From the NCBI RefSeq assembly GCF_009834535.1, contig NC_045697.1, positions 108,564,001-108,628,000 on the forward strand: DNA of 64,000 bases, in the 5' to 3' direction. Both the position numbers and the translations under genes were made by a program. The DNA comes from Camelus ferus (lineage: Eukaryota). Below the pieces are notes generated by a model. That model was not told the origin of the DNA, did no database searches, and saw only the letters and a list, made by a program, of their open reading frames with translations. The first letter of the stretch is position 1. Each line of letters starts with the position of its first letter. Of this stretch, positions 13,050 through 24,628 are shown piece after piece.

Positions 13050-13500
13050 TCGTAAGTTCATACCCTCTGACCCAGTAACTCCACTTCTGGCAATCTATCC
13101 TAAGGAAGTAATCCTAAAACAGAAAAAAAATTATGCAGAGAATGCTCACTGCTGCTTTATTCACAAACGCAAAAAATAAAAATAAACATAAATTCAAATA
13201 ATCAAAACCCAAATGTTCAAGACAAAGAAACCCATGAAATTAAATACATTTATGGTGCAATCCCTAAACATGATGTTCATTTAAAAAATCTGTGAATCAA
13301 AACATGGATGATTATATTACACTACCCTAAGGGCAAAATGCAGGAAATTATATAATCATAGCATGACTTTCAAGCTGTATAAGGACTAGATAGAAGACAA
13401 CAATTCAAAATATACACTGCATTTGGGCAGTTGTAAGATAGGTGCTTTAATTTATTTTTTACCATATTTCTCAAATTTTATATATCAAGCATGTTTACTT
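13050..13500 (+). mobile_element. Ancient L1 (L1ME-like) ORF2-end/3'UTR fragment hosting the 50-nt exon
   Basis: ctctgacccagtaactccacttctggcaatctatcctaaggaa...gctcactgctgctttattcac...cccaaatgttcaa. Confidence 0.7.
13064..13113 (-). other. FBXW7: 50-nt non-coding 5'UTR exon of FBXW7-alpha, derived from an antisense L1 fragment
   Basis: ttttttttctgttttag|GATTACTTCC...GGGTCAGAGG|gtatga, exactly 50 nt. 50+570=620 nt matches the described circ-FBXW7 length. The + strand translates to FIPSDPVTPLLAIYPKEVI, resembling L1 ORF2 [14 protein letters not shown]. Confidence 0.88.
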
Positions 13501-13949
13501 TAGTGTTTTTTAACATTGGCTCTAAAATTTGACTTGATATAGAATCTTTTCATAACATTCTTAAATTTCATCCTTTGCAGGTATCTATATGTACAGGTTT
13601 GAGGTACATTAAAAAAAATGCCAACACACTACACAAGTTCATATAAAATTCCTTTTAAAAATGTCTTTAAGGTTTATAAGATATAAGAAATATAAGAAAT
13701 ATAATACCCTTTTTTTAATCATGCCCTAAGAGTAACTACATCATTATCATAATGATCTTATCCACTTCTCCACACCTTGCTACTAGATGATCACCCCCTA
13801 GACGTCTATAATTCTCACTGCAAGCTCTAAGGTGAGGTCAGTAAGTCCCAAAGATAGTTTTAAAATAGCAATATTTCATTTTCTTTTCTATAATCTATAA
13901 TTTCTAAGAAATAAGCTGTAGTGTGGGGGAAAATTCTTAAATTCTAATT

Positions 13950-14880
13950 ACACTAGAAGTGTAAATGTAGAAAGAGAAGAGTTCTAAAGATGGACCCACC
14001 CCTGAGGCACTCCAACATTCTAAAAGAAGAGGAGTAGCCAGCAAAGATGACTCAGAAGGAAAATCAAGAATGAGTGGTATTCATGCAGCCAAGCTAAGAA
14101 AGCATACCCAGGAGGAGAAAGTAAATAATGACAGCTATTGCTGTAACTCAGGTAGGATGAAGGCAAAAAAACTGACCATTAGATTCAGTAACCTGGACAT
14201 CACCAGTAATGGGAGCAATTCTTGTTAGTAAAGTCTGATAAAAGTAGATTTAAGAGACTGGGATAAAGGGAATAGGGATGATGAGTATGGACAAGTCTGG
14301 AGTTTGATGCAAAAAGGAACAAAAGAAAGGGAGTGGTAACTGGTAGGGAAAACGGGGTCAAGAGAAGATTTTTGATTCTTTAAGACTGGAGAACTAGCAG
14401 CAGATCTATAACTGACAAGAATAATCCAGCACAAAACAAAAAAAGTTTATAATGTAATCAAGAAAGAGACGAGATGGTGAAGTGATATCCTTAAGTAATT
14501 AAAAAGGGATGACGAAAAAGCATTCTAAAGTAGAAGAACTAGTTTTAGTTAGAAAAATGGATACTTCATTTATGGTAATAGGTGGAAAAGCAAAGTGATA
14601 TTATATAAATACTTTAAATTTACTTCTTTTCACCATATTTCTCAATGTGGGAACAATTCTAAGTAGGTGGGTTTTTATAGTGGTAGGAGTCTTTGGAAGT
14701 CCCCGACTCATTCCTTCAATTATTTCTTCCTTTGGTTTTTGTTTTTGTTTTGTAAAATAGGAAGAAGCAAGGTTATCAGCTGTGAATGATGTTTGAAATT
14801 TGAAGAGAAAGGAATGAAATAAGTCTTCTAGGGGAAGAGGAGGGAAACTTTCCTTGGTGCAAGAGATTCTGATGATCAAA
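13950..14880 (-). mobile_element. L2 LINE fragment
   Basis: Purine-rich block with ccctgaggcactccaacatt, aactgaccattagattcagtaac and gagtggtaactggtaggg, typical of reverse L2. Confidence 0.65.
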
Positions 14881-17099
14881 TGTAATCAATAAACTGCTAT
14901 AATATATGCTTCATGTGGCTTTAAAAGTCTAGTGGTTCTTATGTACAACTATGGCAAGCACAATATAAAATTTATCTTCAAGGCAAAAGGTAGAGTTTCT
15001 TAGAAAATGGAATATATATATATCCATTGTTTTCAGAAGATAAACTACAGGAAATAAAGATCATCAAAACTTGCTAGCTAGTACATGTCAAAGACAAACT
15101 ATGAAAATATCACAGGAAATCAATTTAAAAATAACATGCAAATTGCCCTTTGTGTGCCCAACCTAACAGGCATATTTTTGTAAGAATGAAACGGGTTCAA
15201 TGACATATTAAGAGCAGCTTACAAAATGAAAAGATGAGAGAACAAAGGTCATAAATCACAGAGAATGGGTGTAAAGAAATAAGGAGACTGTTGGTAAGCG
15301 GCCAGCCTACAAACAGAAAGTTTATATCCAGCATTTCTAAATAGTACTGATACTGGTTATCAGTGAACACTTCTGTTAACCAATTATGAATAATAAATTC
15401 AAATCATTATCATTGTGTAATGTTAGTGTTATATTGAGGGGAACAGAGAAGAAATGTCTTAAGTCAATAAAGATAACTGACTCATATTTACAGTGTGGCA
15501 TGTAAATAGCTTTCAGAGTAATACAGATTAGACAGACCTGGTCAAAAGTGATTAAATACAAGTAGAAGAATCAGATTTAAAGCACAGCCAATATAAAACA
15601 TACAATGACACAGCTAAAAGTCAGATTATAGGAAATCCAGATTTGAAGAGGCTTAAAATACCTACTGACAGACTTACATAAAAATTTTTCCAAGTAGCAT
15701 ATTTTATTGGGTTGGATTTCTCTGACCGATTTCAGGAATGGAATATGATAATATATAGAAACTAAGAGAAAAAAAATTCATTTTCTGTTGGTATTAAATT
15801 TAAACAAAAAATAGTATTTTTAGAAAATAAGTTTTCTAATAATATTCTAAATAAGCTAATGACCTAATTAAATTAATAAATATTTATCTAGTAATTAATA
15901 GGAAATCAGAATCAACTACTAAATCTTTTAAGGGAGGAAAGACACTTTAAAAAATAGCTTATAAAGTCCCAGATTAAAAAAATCAAGCACCCATAATCTA
16001 AAACTTGAAAATGCCATACAGGAGAAGTTAATAAATGAGGTATTAATAAAAGCACAATTTTACTTTTTATAATCCTAATTTTAAACTTTTTAAGAGAAAA
16101 CTTTTTGTATGATTTAGGACACTGTCATACGAAAATCAAACATAAACAAGCAGAAGCCTATATCCTTTAAAAAACTATGTAAAATTTGAGGATTCTCTTT
16201 TATTTCTTCTTACCAGTATATAATGTCAAACTATATCAGATACACGACTTACGTTTTTATCAATAACCAGTGAAATGGAACTTGAAATCAGTAAAATAAA
16301 ATCTGATGGCTAATATATTTTGACATTAAATTCTATGATTTCCTGACAACTGGGCATGATGAGAATGAAAATGATTTAAAGTTCAGGAATAATACTGATA
16401 AACCAAAGAAATTTTAAATTGAAAATGTTCCTCACTTCACAGATAAAGCAATCTTGGTTCAAAGAGATTAAGTATTCCTCAAGCTTGCTAGCTTCAAGAT
16501 AGCTTAGAGCAAAGCAGGGACCAGAAATTGACACTCAACTGAGATTTCTTTCATGTGCCTCAATCTACATAACTGCATATGATAAAGTCCTAAAAGAATA
16601 CTATTCTCTAACATTGCTATTGCCTTCTTTTCCAAAACCAGAATCACTACAGCCCTCAAAGATTATTACTCTAAAACAAATACTCACTGGGCACTCAATA
16701 TGCTTCAGGCACATACTAATTTTCTAGAGGATAATGTTTAGAAATGTTTCTTTACAAGTTAATGACTCTTAACCTGACCAGAACCCACAGTAAAATCAGA
16801 TTTTACATTACAACTCTGTGTGTGTATACATATATATATACAAATCTAAAACAATGGTTTCAGAGAGAGGGAATAATGAAATGTTTCAGACGCCTAAAGT
16901 CTCCCTAAATCACTCCTCTTAATTAAACACCATCCCTCTCATTGTTCTCAGTCTAAGAGTGTTCTAGAAGAGCTTCCCTCATCACCTGGAGTTCCCTTTT
17001 GCCACACCACGTAATAATTCTCCAGCTTCACAGTATGAACTCTCCAGATGTCAAATTAATAATTTATTAATCACTATGTTCAAAGTGATTAAAAGTAAG

Positions 17100-17710
17100 T
17101 ATCTGGAATACACACTTTAGTCATATCATATCACTCTGCTATTCAAAATCCACCAGGAGCTTCCCATCTTCACTCCAAATAAAAGTCAATTTTTTCAATG
17201 GCTGTCTGTTAGGCCCTGCATAATCTATGCAAATCCCACCACTCTGAGCTCCTATTATACTGTTCTCCCTTTTTCACATTGCTCCACCCTTTCTGTCCTT
17301 GTTCTTTCTTGAAGAGGGAAATACACTGCTACCTCAGAGACTCTGTGCTGGGCACACCCTGTGCCGGATGCTCTCCCTCATGTACCTGCATGGTTCTTCC
17401 CACATTTCCTTCAGGAATATTCAAACATCCTCCAAATGACACTTTCCCTAATAATCCTATTGAAAATAATCACTCCCTTGCATCTCATTACTCCCTTCCT
17501 CCATTGGACTCCTCTACAGCACTGAGAGTGTCTGTTACATAATGAGTGCCTATCTGCCCATCCACCCATTTCTTCATGTATTATCTGCCTCTTTCCACTA
17601 GAGTTTAAGTTCATAAGGAAAGAGATTTTCCTTTTTCACCACTATCTTCGGCACCTACAAAAATGCTCGGTTCAAGAGGTCCTCAAAACACTTATTTAGT
17701 GAGTAAATAA
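17100..17710 (+). mobile_element. L2 LINE 3' end
   Basis: atcatatcactctgctattcaaaatcc...tctgcctctttccactagagtttaagttcataagga...gcacctacaaaaatgctcgg...ttatttagtgagtaaat. Confidence 0.75.
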
Positions 17711-18699
17711 TTATCCAGTCTTTTAAAGCTGGTCTTGTGCTGAGCATACTTTCCTCACCAAAGAAGAGCTATAAACCAGATCACAAAAACAGTATCAATT
17801 ATTTTAAACCCATTTTTTTAAGTTGTAGTCTGTACTGAACAAAGTCCCTTATAAGACTCCTGAAATTGATAGGGTATAAATCTAGTATCTTAACATTTAT
17901 TTATAAATTATATTCTAAGTCATAAAAATAATTTTTCCTTTTATCAAGTTTCTTGTTATTTTTAGCACATGCTATGAAAGATGTGACTAAGAAGATTAAT
18001 ACTTCAAAAGCACATTATCTGTTGAGTAATTCTAGTGCCACATCCCCTATACTGCAGCAAACTGGGAAATCCTATGCAGAGCTTAGGGTGAAAATCTTCC
18101 AGGGGCTGCAAAATTGGCTGAACAGATCCCTAGTAATGCAGATAAACAAAAATCCACACAAAATGAACAACATGGGGAGCATCACACAAGTGTTCACACA
18201 AGCAGCAAGTATTCATTAAGTTTTGGTTCTGAACTGAATATTTTAAATCCGCATGCCTCATCAATCCTGTATATTTTTACCAGAAAGGATGCAAAACACT
18301 GTTTCTCAGTCCACCTGACAATATGTATTTTTTATGTTATTAAATATATATTTTTGTTATGACCAAATTTAATTCCTTGTTGCCATTCAACTCCACTGCC
18401 TTTGCCATCTCAGTTTACTTCCATTGTAACTAAATTTTAAACTGGTTGCTAAATCCCACTGGATCTTTTACTATTTTTGTAGCTTTTAACATTATTGAAC
18501 AAGCATTCATCGCTTCTTTACAACTCTCACGTCCCTTGGTTTCCCCTGGTATCACCCCTTTTCTTGGTATTGTCCCTCAGGCAGCACTGTTGTTCTCCAC
18601 TGCCAGCTCCTTCCTTCTCTGCAGTTTCTTTGAAACCTCAGGTTTTAATTATCACACAGACACTAATGACAACCAATTCTAGCATCTCCAGCCAAACTC

Positions 18700-19128
18700 T
18701 CCATAGTCAGGAAGGAGCCTGACTATGAGAACAGTGACGAGGGATCCGCACTGTGAAGCCCAGCAGGTAAAGGCAGGGCAGAATGAGAACTTCTGTTTCG
18801 GTGGGGGTGTCAAATGGGAGCAGGGTAAGAAAGGTGTCTGCACCGCAGGATGGTGTTGGAGCCCAGTGGGATGTGGAGGGTGTGGTGGTCATAGTGAGGA
18901 CTTGCTCTGATATCTGAACCTGCTATGACGAGCAGAGCTGCCAGACCACCTCCAGCAGCCTCACCCGGAAATCTACCATGGCAGTCACACCAGCCGTGCC
19001 TCCTCAGGCTCCACCCAGCAAACGACTGAGCTTGGTGGGAATGCTCTGACAGCCAGCTCTGGATGGGGGGCTCCCTGCACCTCAAAACTTGTCTTGACAT
19101 CTGTTTCTCTGGGGACCTGAACTAACAC
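18700..19128 (-). mobile_element. Probable old ERVL/MaLR-class solo LTR
   Basis: GC-richer island; minus strand begins tgttagttcaggtccccagagaaacagatgtcaagacaag, an LTR16/LTR40-like start. Confidence 0.45.
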
Positions 19129-19198
19129 TCAAGGCATCCATGGACTGGTGTCAAACACACTTGGGATGAAATAAAAATGTTTTGAAAAACACTGCAAA

Positions 19199-20960
19199 AT
19201 GGTTAACTTCATTGAACAAAGGTCATTTCATTCTGGAATACTTAAAGAATATCTCCCACTACATAAAGAAATCCAGTGGCTCAGCAGAGGAAAAGTTCTC
19301 AACAGGGTATTTGAGCTGAAAGGGGTCCTTTTAAGACAACAGAAGAAAGATTTTGTTGAATACTTTGAAGATGAAGAATGGCTAGAAACTAGCCAATTTA
19401 ACACTCTCCAGTCTCCATAAGGTACGAAGAAAATACTTTTGACTTCAAGGAAGAAGATTCTTGGATTTAAAAGGAAAATACACTTTTGGAAAACATCATG
19501 TTACAAAAAAGAAATGTTGAAATGTTTCCACTGCTGCTCGGGCGTGAGTGCAGAAGACAGCAGCAAGTTTCAAGTCTTATTGGAAACCACCTGGAGAAGC
19601 TGCAGAACAAAACCAAACTGATTTTCCTTCTCTTTCAACACACGTGTATCACTGGGCAGGAACTCCTTCTCTGAATCTTCTGACTGTGGGAAGGTGACTT
19701 AAGAAAAAAAGGAAGAACCTGTAGTCTTATACATTCAAGATGAGTTTCATTGATCTGCCCAGGCAAGCTCTGGACTTCTGTGAAGAAAAGAATATTCTAC
19801 TATTTACAAAAAGCAATGAACATTATGCTGCAGTTTTCAACTTCTCACACATCTGAACAATCTTCTTCTATGAACATCAAGAGTAGACTAAGAAAGGTCT
19901 CATTTCAGTTGAAAAGGAAATTTGTATGTACTTGCTTATCTCGTGTTTGATCTTGAATTAATATTTCTGATGCAAAAAACAAGACGAATGTAATTTTTAC
20001 ATTAAAAAGGTAAATTAAAGAGGTAAACTCACAGTAAAGAGGAAAATATAATTCCTATTTCTACGATTCAAAATGAACGCTTTTATGCCCATTTGAGCCT
20101 ATAAAAGCAGTAATTTTCTAACTGCTAGGACTACATTTGAGCCTGATCATGTCACTGAATAAGGAACTGTTTTTTCAAAGTCTTAAATAAATTTGTGTCT
20201 TAGGCAATATTTTTATATTCATATTGCTTTGGCTTATGGTTTTAGTTGCTTTACTATTCAACAACGTCAAGAAATTTTCATGTTGTAAATAACATTAATT
20301 AAAATCAATTTACAACCTTCATTTAAATTAAATCTGCTGAGCCTACATTAAGAAAAATTAAGTCCCATTTTGGTTTAAGCTAGTTATATGAGATTTATTA
20401 CGTTTCTTAAGAGTTGGCAAAATTTATGAAATGATAAAAGAGATTAATTTCAAGGAAAGTAAGCTAAGCTTAATTACCAAGGGGTTACATTTTCCCCCAA
20501 GAAAAGCTGGCTAAAAAGGTATTTTTAGTTTTAAATATTGGGGGAGGGGAACTACTCTTGCACACACTGTATCTCATTTGGAACTCAAACAGTAAAAATT
20601 TGTGGTAAGGCCTATTTAGACAAGGTAAAAAAGGTAAAGTAGTAAAGTTTAAAAAAAAAGAAAAAACTGGAGTTTCCTCAATCTGCTCTATTAACTTGTA
20701 TTGCAGCGGATACCCTCTGTGGGAAGGGGGGACCATAGAAAAAGAAGAGGCTAATAAATTTGCCAATATAAACATATCCACAGAAAAAGGGCATTCTGTA
20801 CTCAAAAGAGCACTGATAATCATCAACGAATCATATCTACAATTTACCGGTCAAGCGAATGTACTATGAGCTGCAGATACAACAATTTTTACGTGGAGGT
20901 TCCCAAGATCAGAAAACTATTTGAAGTGTCTTCCCAGTGTAAGAAGACTGAGAAAGCCTG
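19199..20960 (+). mobile_element. hAT-Charlie DNA transposon fossil (decayed transposase 3' half plus right end)
   Basis: Collinear frameshifted peptides WLSRGKVLNRVFELK, ILGFKRKIHFWK, EMFPLL, NHLEKLQ, KAMNIMLQFSTSHTSEQ..IKSR; TIR-like end tgagaaagcctg at 20949-20960. Confidence 0.85.
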
Positions 20961-20969
20961 AAAGTGAGC

Positions 20970-21500
20970 ATCAGTAATGGGACAAACTGAAATCATGTTT
21001 TCCTAATAAGAAGCAATGAGAGTGACACAGCATAACTTCTGGGGTGTTCCTGTCAACAATGCATAACCTGCATCCACTAACGAGGAAACACGAAACAAAC
21101 CCAAATGAAGGGTCCCTGTTCAAAACAACTGACCTGCAATATGCAAAAGTATTAAAGGAATGAAAATAAACAAAATATCAAGGGACTGTTCCAGATACAT
21201 GATAAATAAATGCAACCCATTATTCTGAATGGAATCTTATCCGTATATGAGATACTATTTGAACAACTGGTGAAACTCAAATGGGGTCTGAGGAATAGAC
21301 AATCTAATATACCAATGCTAATGTCTTGATTGTAATGGTTATATTGTGATTATGCAGAAGAATGTCCTTGTTTATAAAAAAAACGGATATTCAAGTGTTT
21401 GGGGGTGACGGTGCATCATTTTGGCAACTTATCAAATGGTTCTGGGGTAAAGTAAGTTCTTAGTACTGTACCTGGAACTTTTCTGAAAGTTAACAAAGCG
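20970..21500 (+). mobile_element. L1MC/L1ME 3'UTR fragment
   Basis: catcagtaatgggacaaactg, gcataacctg, tgtgattatgcagaagaatgtccttgttt. Confidence 0.75.
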
Positions 21501-22369
21501 GGGAAGGAGAAATCTAGATATCATTCTGGTTCCCATCATCCCAACCACCACCTTTGCCTGTTCCCACATTCTTCTCACCCAATCTTATCATCACTAAGTC
21601 CTCCTACGTCTACCTCCTAAGTAGCTCTACAATCAACCCCACTTTTCTAGTTTTGTTTAATAAGCATGTATCATCTGTCTCTTGCCCAAGCTATCTGAAT
21701 AACACCGCTAGTAATTTCCCTATCTTTTGTCTCCCACCCCACCCCATCTACCCTCTGTGCTGCTGCCAGAAAGTGAAATGTCAACAGCTCAGTGGCAATT
21801 TCTGAACTTTTTACATGCTAAACCCTTTGCTCAAAAGAGGGCAAAATATTAAACAGGTGAAGAGAGAACTTGTGAGAGAAGGGGCGGGGGGATAGTGTGC
21901 AAAGACAGAATTAGCAACACGAGAGTGATTCTGCAAAACTTACAAATACTATTCTGGAGGATAAATCTAAACCCCTAAGCACAGTGCACAAGATGTTCCT
22001 AAATTGATCTCACCTCTATCCATCTTCAATACGTCTTGGTTTGTCTTTATACTCTTTTCTCATAGACTGTAAACTAAAAACCTTGGTGATTACAGATTTT
22101 TAAAATATAAAAATGGAAGTGTCCATCTTAAGCTGTCACCAGGTATTTCTATTTCTTTGTAGTAGTCCAAGAATGAAGTTCCACTGAAAAAAATTCTATT
22201 GAGCTAACAGATCCCTCCTACAAGTCTTTTAGGTGGAGCGGTGCTGTCATCATGGCTCAGAGCAGGGGGGTTGTCGGCTCTGGATATGAAAGCTGAAATC
22301 TGGATGAGAAAGGTAAATGATAACAGAATTCAGTCATGGAGTAATTCGGTCATTTACCATTCAAATACT

Positions 22370-23126
22370 GAGTGGAAAAAACAGGTGAATGACAAATAGT
22401 TGAGTAAAGAAGATATAAAAGGGTTGATAAACATATGAAAAGGTGCTCAATAACATTAGCCATCAAGGAAATGTAAATTAAAACCACAATTTCCCATCAC
22501 AAGAATTACAAACACCACCAAATGGTGAAAACTGGAAACAACTGAAAACTCTCTCATACACGGCTACTGGCCACTGCAGTAAACCATTTGGCAATTTCTC
22601 ATAAAAACACACACTCTATGAGCTAGCACATACACTCTCAGGTACTTAACCAAGAGAAATGTCTACAAATAGGTTTGTACAAGAATGCTTATAAAAGCAG
22701 CTTTATTCAGAATAGCCAAAACTGAAAACAACCCAAATACTCATCAAGAGAAGAATGGATAAATTGAGATGTATTCATACAATGGAATAGTACACAGAAA
22801 TAAAAAAGAATGCACTTCTGATGCATGCAACAACAAAGACGTCAAAAACAGAACGTTAAATAAAGGAGGCCAGATACAAAAAAGCAACACCATATGATTC
22901 TACTTATATGATGTTTACAAATACACAAAACTAATCTACAGTGATAGTAATCAGAAAAGTAGTAGTTGCCTAAGTGTGGACTGAATGGGATGGAGTGTGA
23001 GAGAAATGTGGGGAGTGATAGAAATTCTGTATCTTGATTGAGGTGTGTTGGTTATGGTTATATAAACATACGTTTGTCATAATTCATCTGTGCATTTCAC
23101 TTTATATAAAAGCACCTCAATTAAAA
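22370..23126 (+). mobile_element. Old L1 3' end (L1ME/L1MB-like)
   Basis: aaacatatgaaaaggtgctcaataacattagccatcaaggaaatg...attcatacaatggaatagtac...tgtatcttgattgaggtg...cctcaattaaaaa. Confidence 0.88.
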
Positions 23127-23761
23127 ATGTGTAATTAATTGAAGACAATGCAAACACTTCTCTTCCTTCCTTGACTCTCCCACTGCTACATGCTGAAGAA
23201 GGTTTAGGTCTTCTTTGCTCTGGGCCTGGAACTGGGACTTCCCTACACCCATACCAGATACTATCACATCAGGGTGCCAAGACGAAGGCCAGAACACTGA
23301 TTTTCCCACTCCAACAGGCACGGAGGCAGCTTCCCCAGGGCCCACAACTCCTGGCACTGACGAGTAAGCAGCACACCGTTCACTGTGAACTGTGCTGTAG
23401 GGAGACTTTGGAATGAAGAATAGAATAGGGTCACATGAGCAACTGGACTTGAAGGAACAACATCTGAAGCCACTACACAAAGAGCTGGTGATCACAGGAC
23501 CAAAGAAAACCAGAATCTGCTAAATTTCAGAAATAACTCAGGATCTTTAAGGAAAGCCTCAACACCGTCACAATGAGCAAGTAGTGACTCAAATTTTTTA
23601 GCTCTGGCCTCTCTGCTGCCTCACTATTATTTTACAAATCTAGTGACTGTTTTTTAAATAGTGTTCACAAACTAGTGAGCATAACTTTAGGTTGGCAACT
23701 ATTGTAGAGCACAAGGGGAGAAAATGTTCTCTTGTTATTTACTTCTTAAATTTAGGAATCC

Positions 23762-24162
23762 TAATGAAAAGATGCTCAACATCACTGATTGTTAGAGAAA
23801 TGCAAACTAAAACTACAATGAGGTATCTATCACCTTACACCAGGCAGAATGGCCATTATTAAAAAGTCACAAATGATAAATGCTGGACAGGGTGTGGAGA
23901 AAAGGGAACCCTCCTACACTGCTGGTGGGAATGTAAAGTGGTGCAGCCACTGTGGAGGACAGTATGGAGATTCCTCAAAAAACTAAAAACAGACTTATCA
24001 TATGACCCAGCAATCCCACTCCTGGGCATATACCCAGAGAAAAACATAATTCGAAAAGACATACGCACCCCAATGTTCATATCAGCACTATTTATAATAG
24101 CTAAGACATGGAAACAACCCAAATGTCCATCAACAGATGACTGGATAAAGAAGATGTGGTGT

Positions 24163-24211
<49 letters not shown>

Positions 24212-24628
24212 GGAATACTACTTAGCCATAAAAAAGAAAACAATGCCATCTGCAGCAACATGGATGAACCTGGAGATCGTCATTCTAAGTAAAGTAAGTG
24301 AGAAAGAGAAAGAAAAACACCATATGATATCAATCATATGTGGAATCTTGAAAAAAAAAAAAAAAGCCAGAAAGAACTTATCTACAAAACAGAAACAAAC
24401 TCACAGACATAGAGAACAAACTTATGGTTACCAGTAAGTAAAGAGGGTGGGAAGGGATAAACTGAGAATTCGAAAATTGCACCCCTTGGGGAGTGATGGA
24501 AATGTTAGCTATCTTGATTGTGGTGGTGATTTCATTGGTGTATATATCTATCAAAATTCATCAAATTGTACATCTGAAATATGTGTGGTTTGCTGTACAG
24601 GAATCATATCACAATATAGGTGTTAAAA
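23762..24628 (+). mobile_element. Young 5'-truncated L1 with 15-bp target-site duplication
   Basis: Clean ORF2 C-terminus [34 protein letters not shown]...[19 protein letters not shown] taaatttaggaatcc at 23747-23761 and 24629-24643. Confidence 0.95.
24164..24209. repeat. (AC)n microsatellite within the L1
   Basis: Seen directly. Confidence 0.97.

Larger units (their letters stand above)
11820..13113 (-). ncRNA. FBXW7: Predicted circ-FBXW7 orthologue (two exons, 620 nt) with a 185-aa junction-spanning ORF
   Basis: Back-splicing the 11820 donor to the 13113 acceptor gives 167 aa + DYFLRIDCQKWSYWVRGM, then TGA at 12385-12383 = 185 aa. Expression cannot be seen from DNA. Confidence 0.7.

Noticed and set aside
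9500..15000. Young inverted SINE pair flanking the circularising exons
   Set aside because: None recognised by eye; only old L1/L2 fragments are nearby. A self-alignment would be needed to exclude distant pairs.
19199..19950. ZBED5/FAM200-like domesticated gene
   Set aside because: Fragmented by stops, frameshifts and deletions; consistent with a dead Charlie element.
23859..24437. ORFs with [12 protein letters not shown] runs
   Set aside because: L1 ORF2 end and its antisense, read through an (AC)n repeat.
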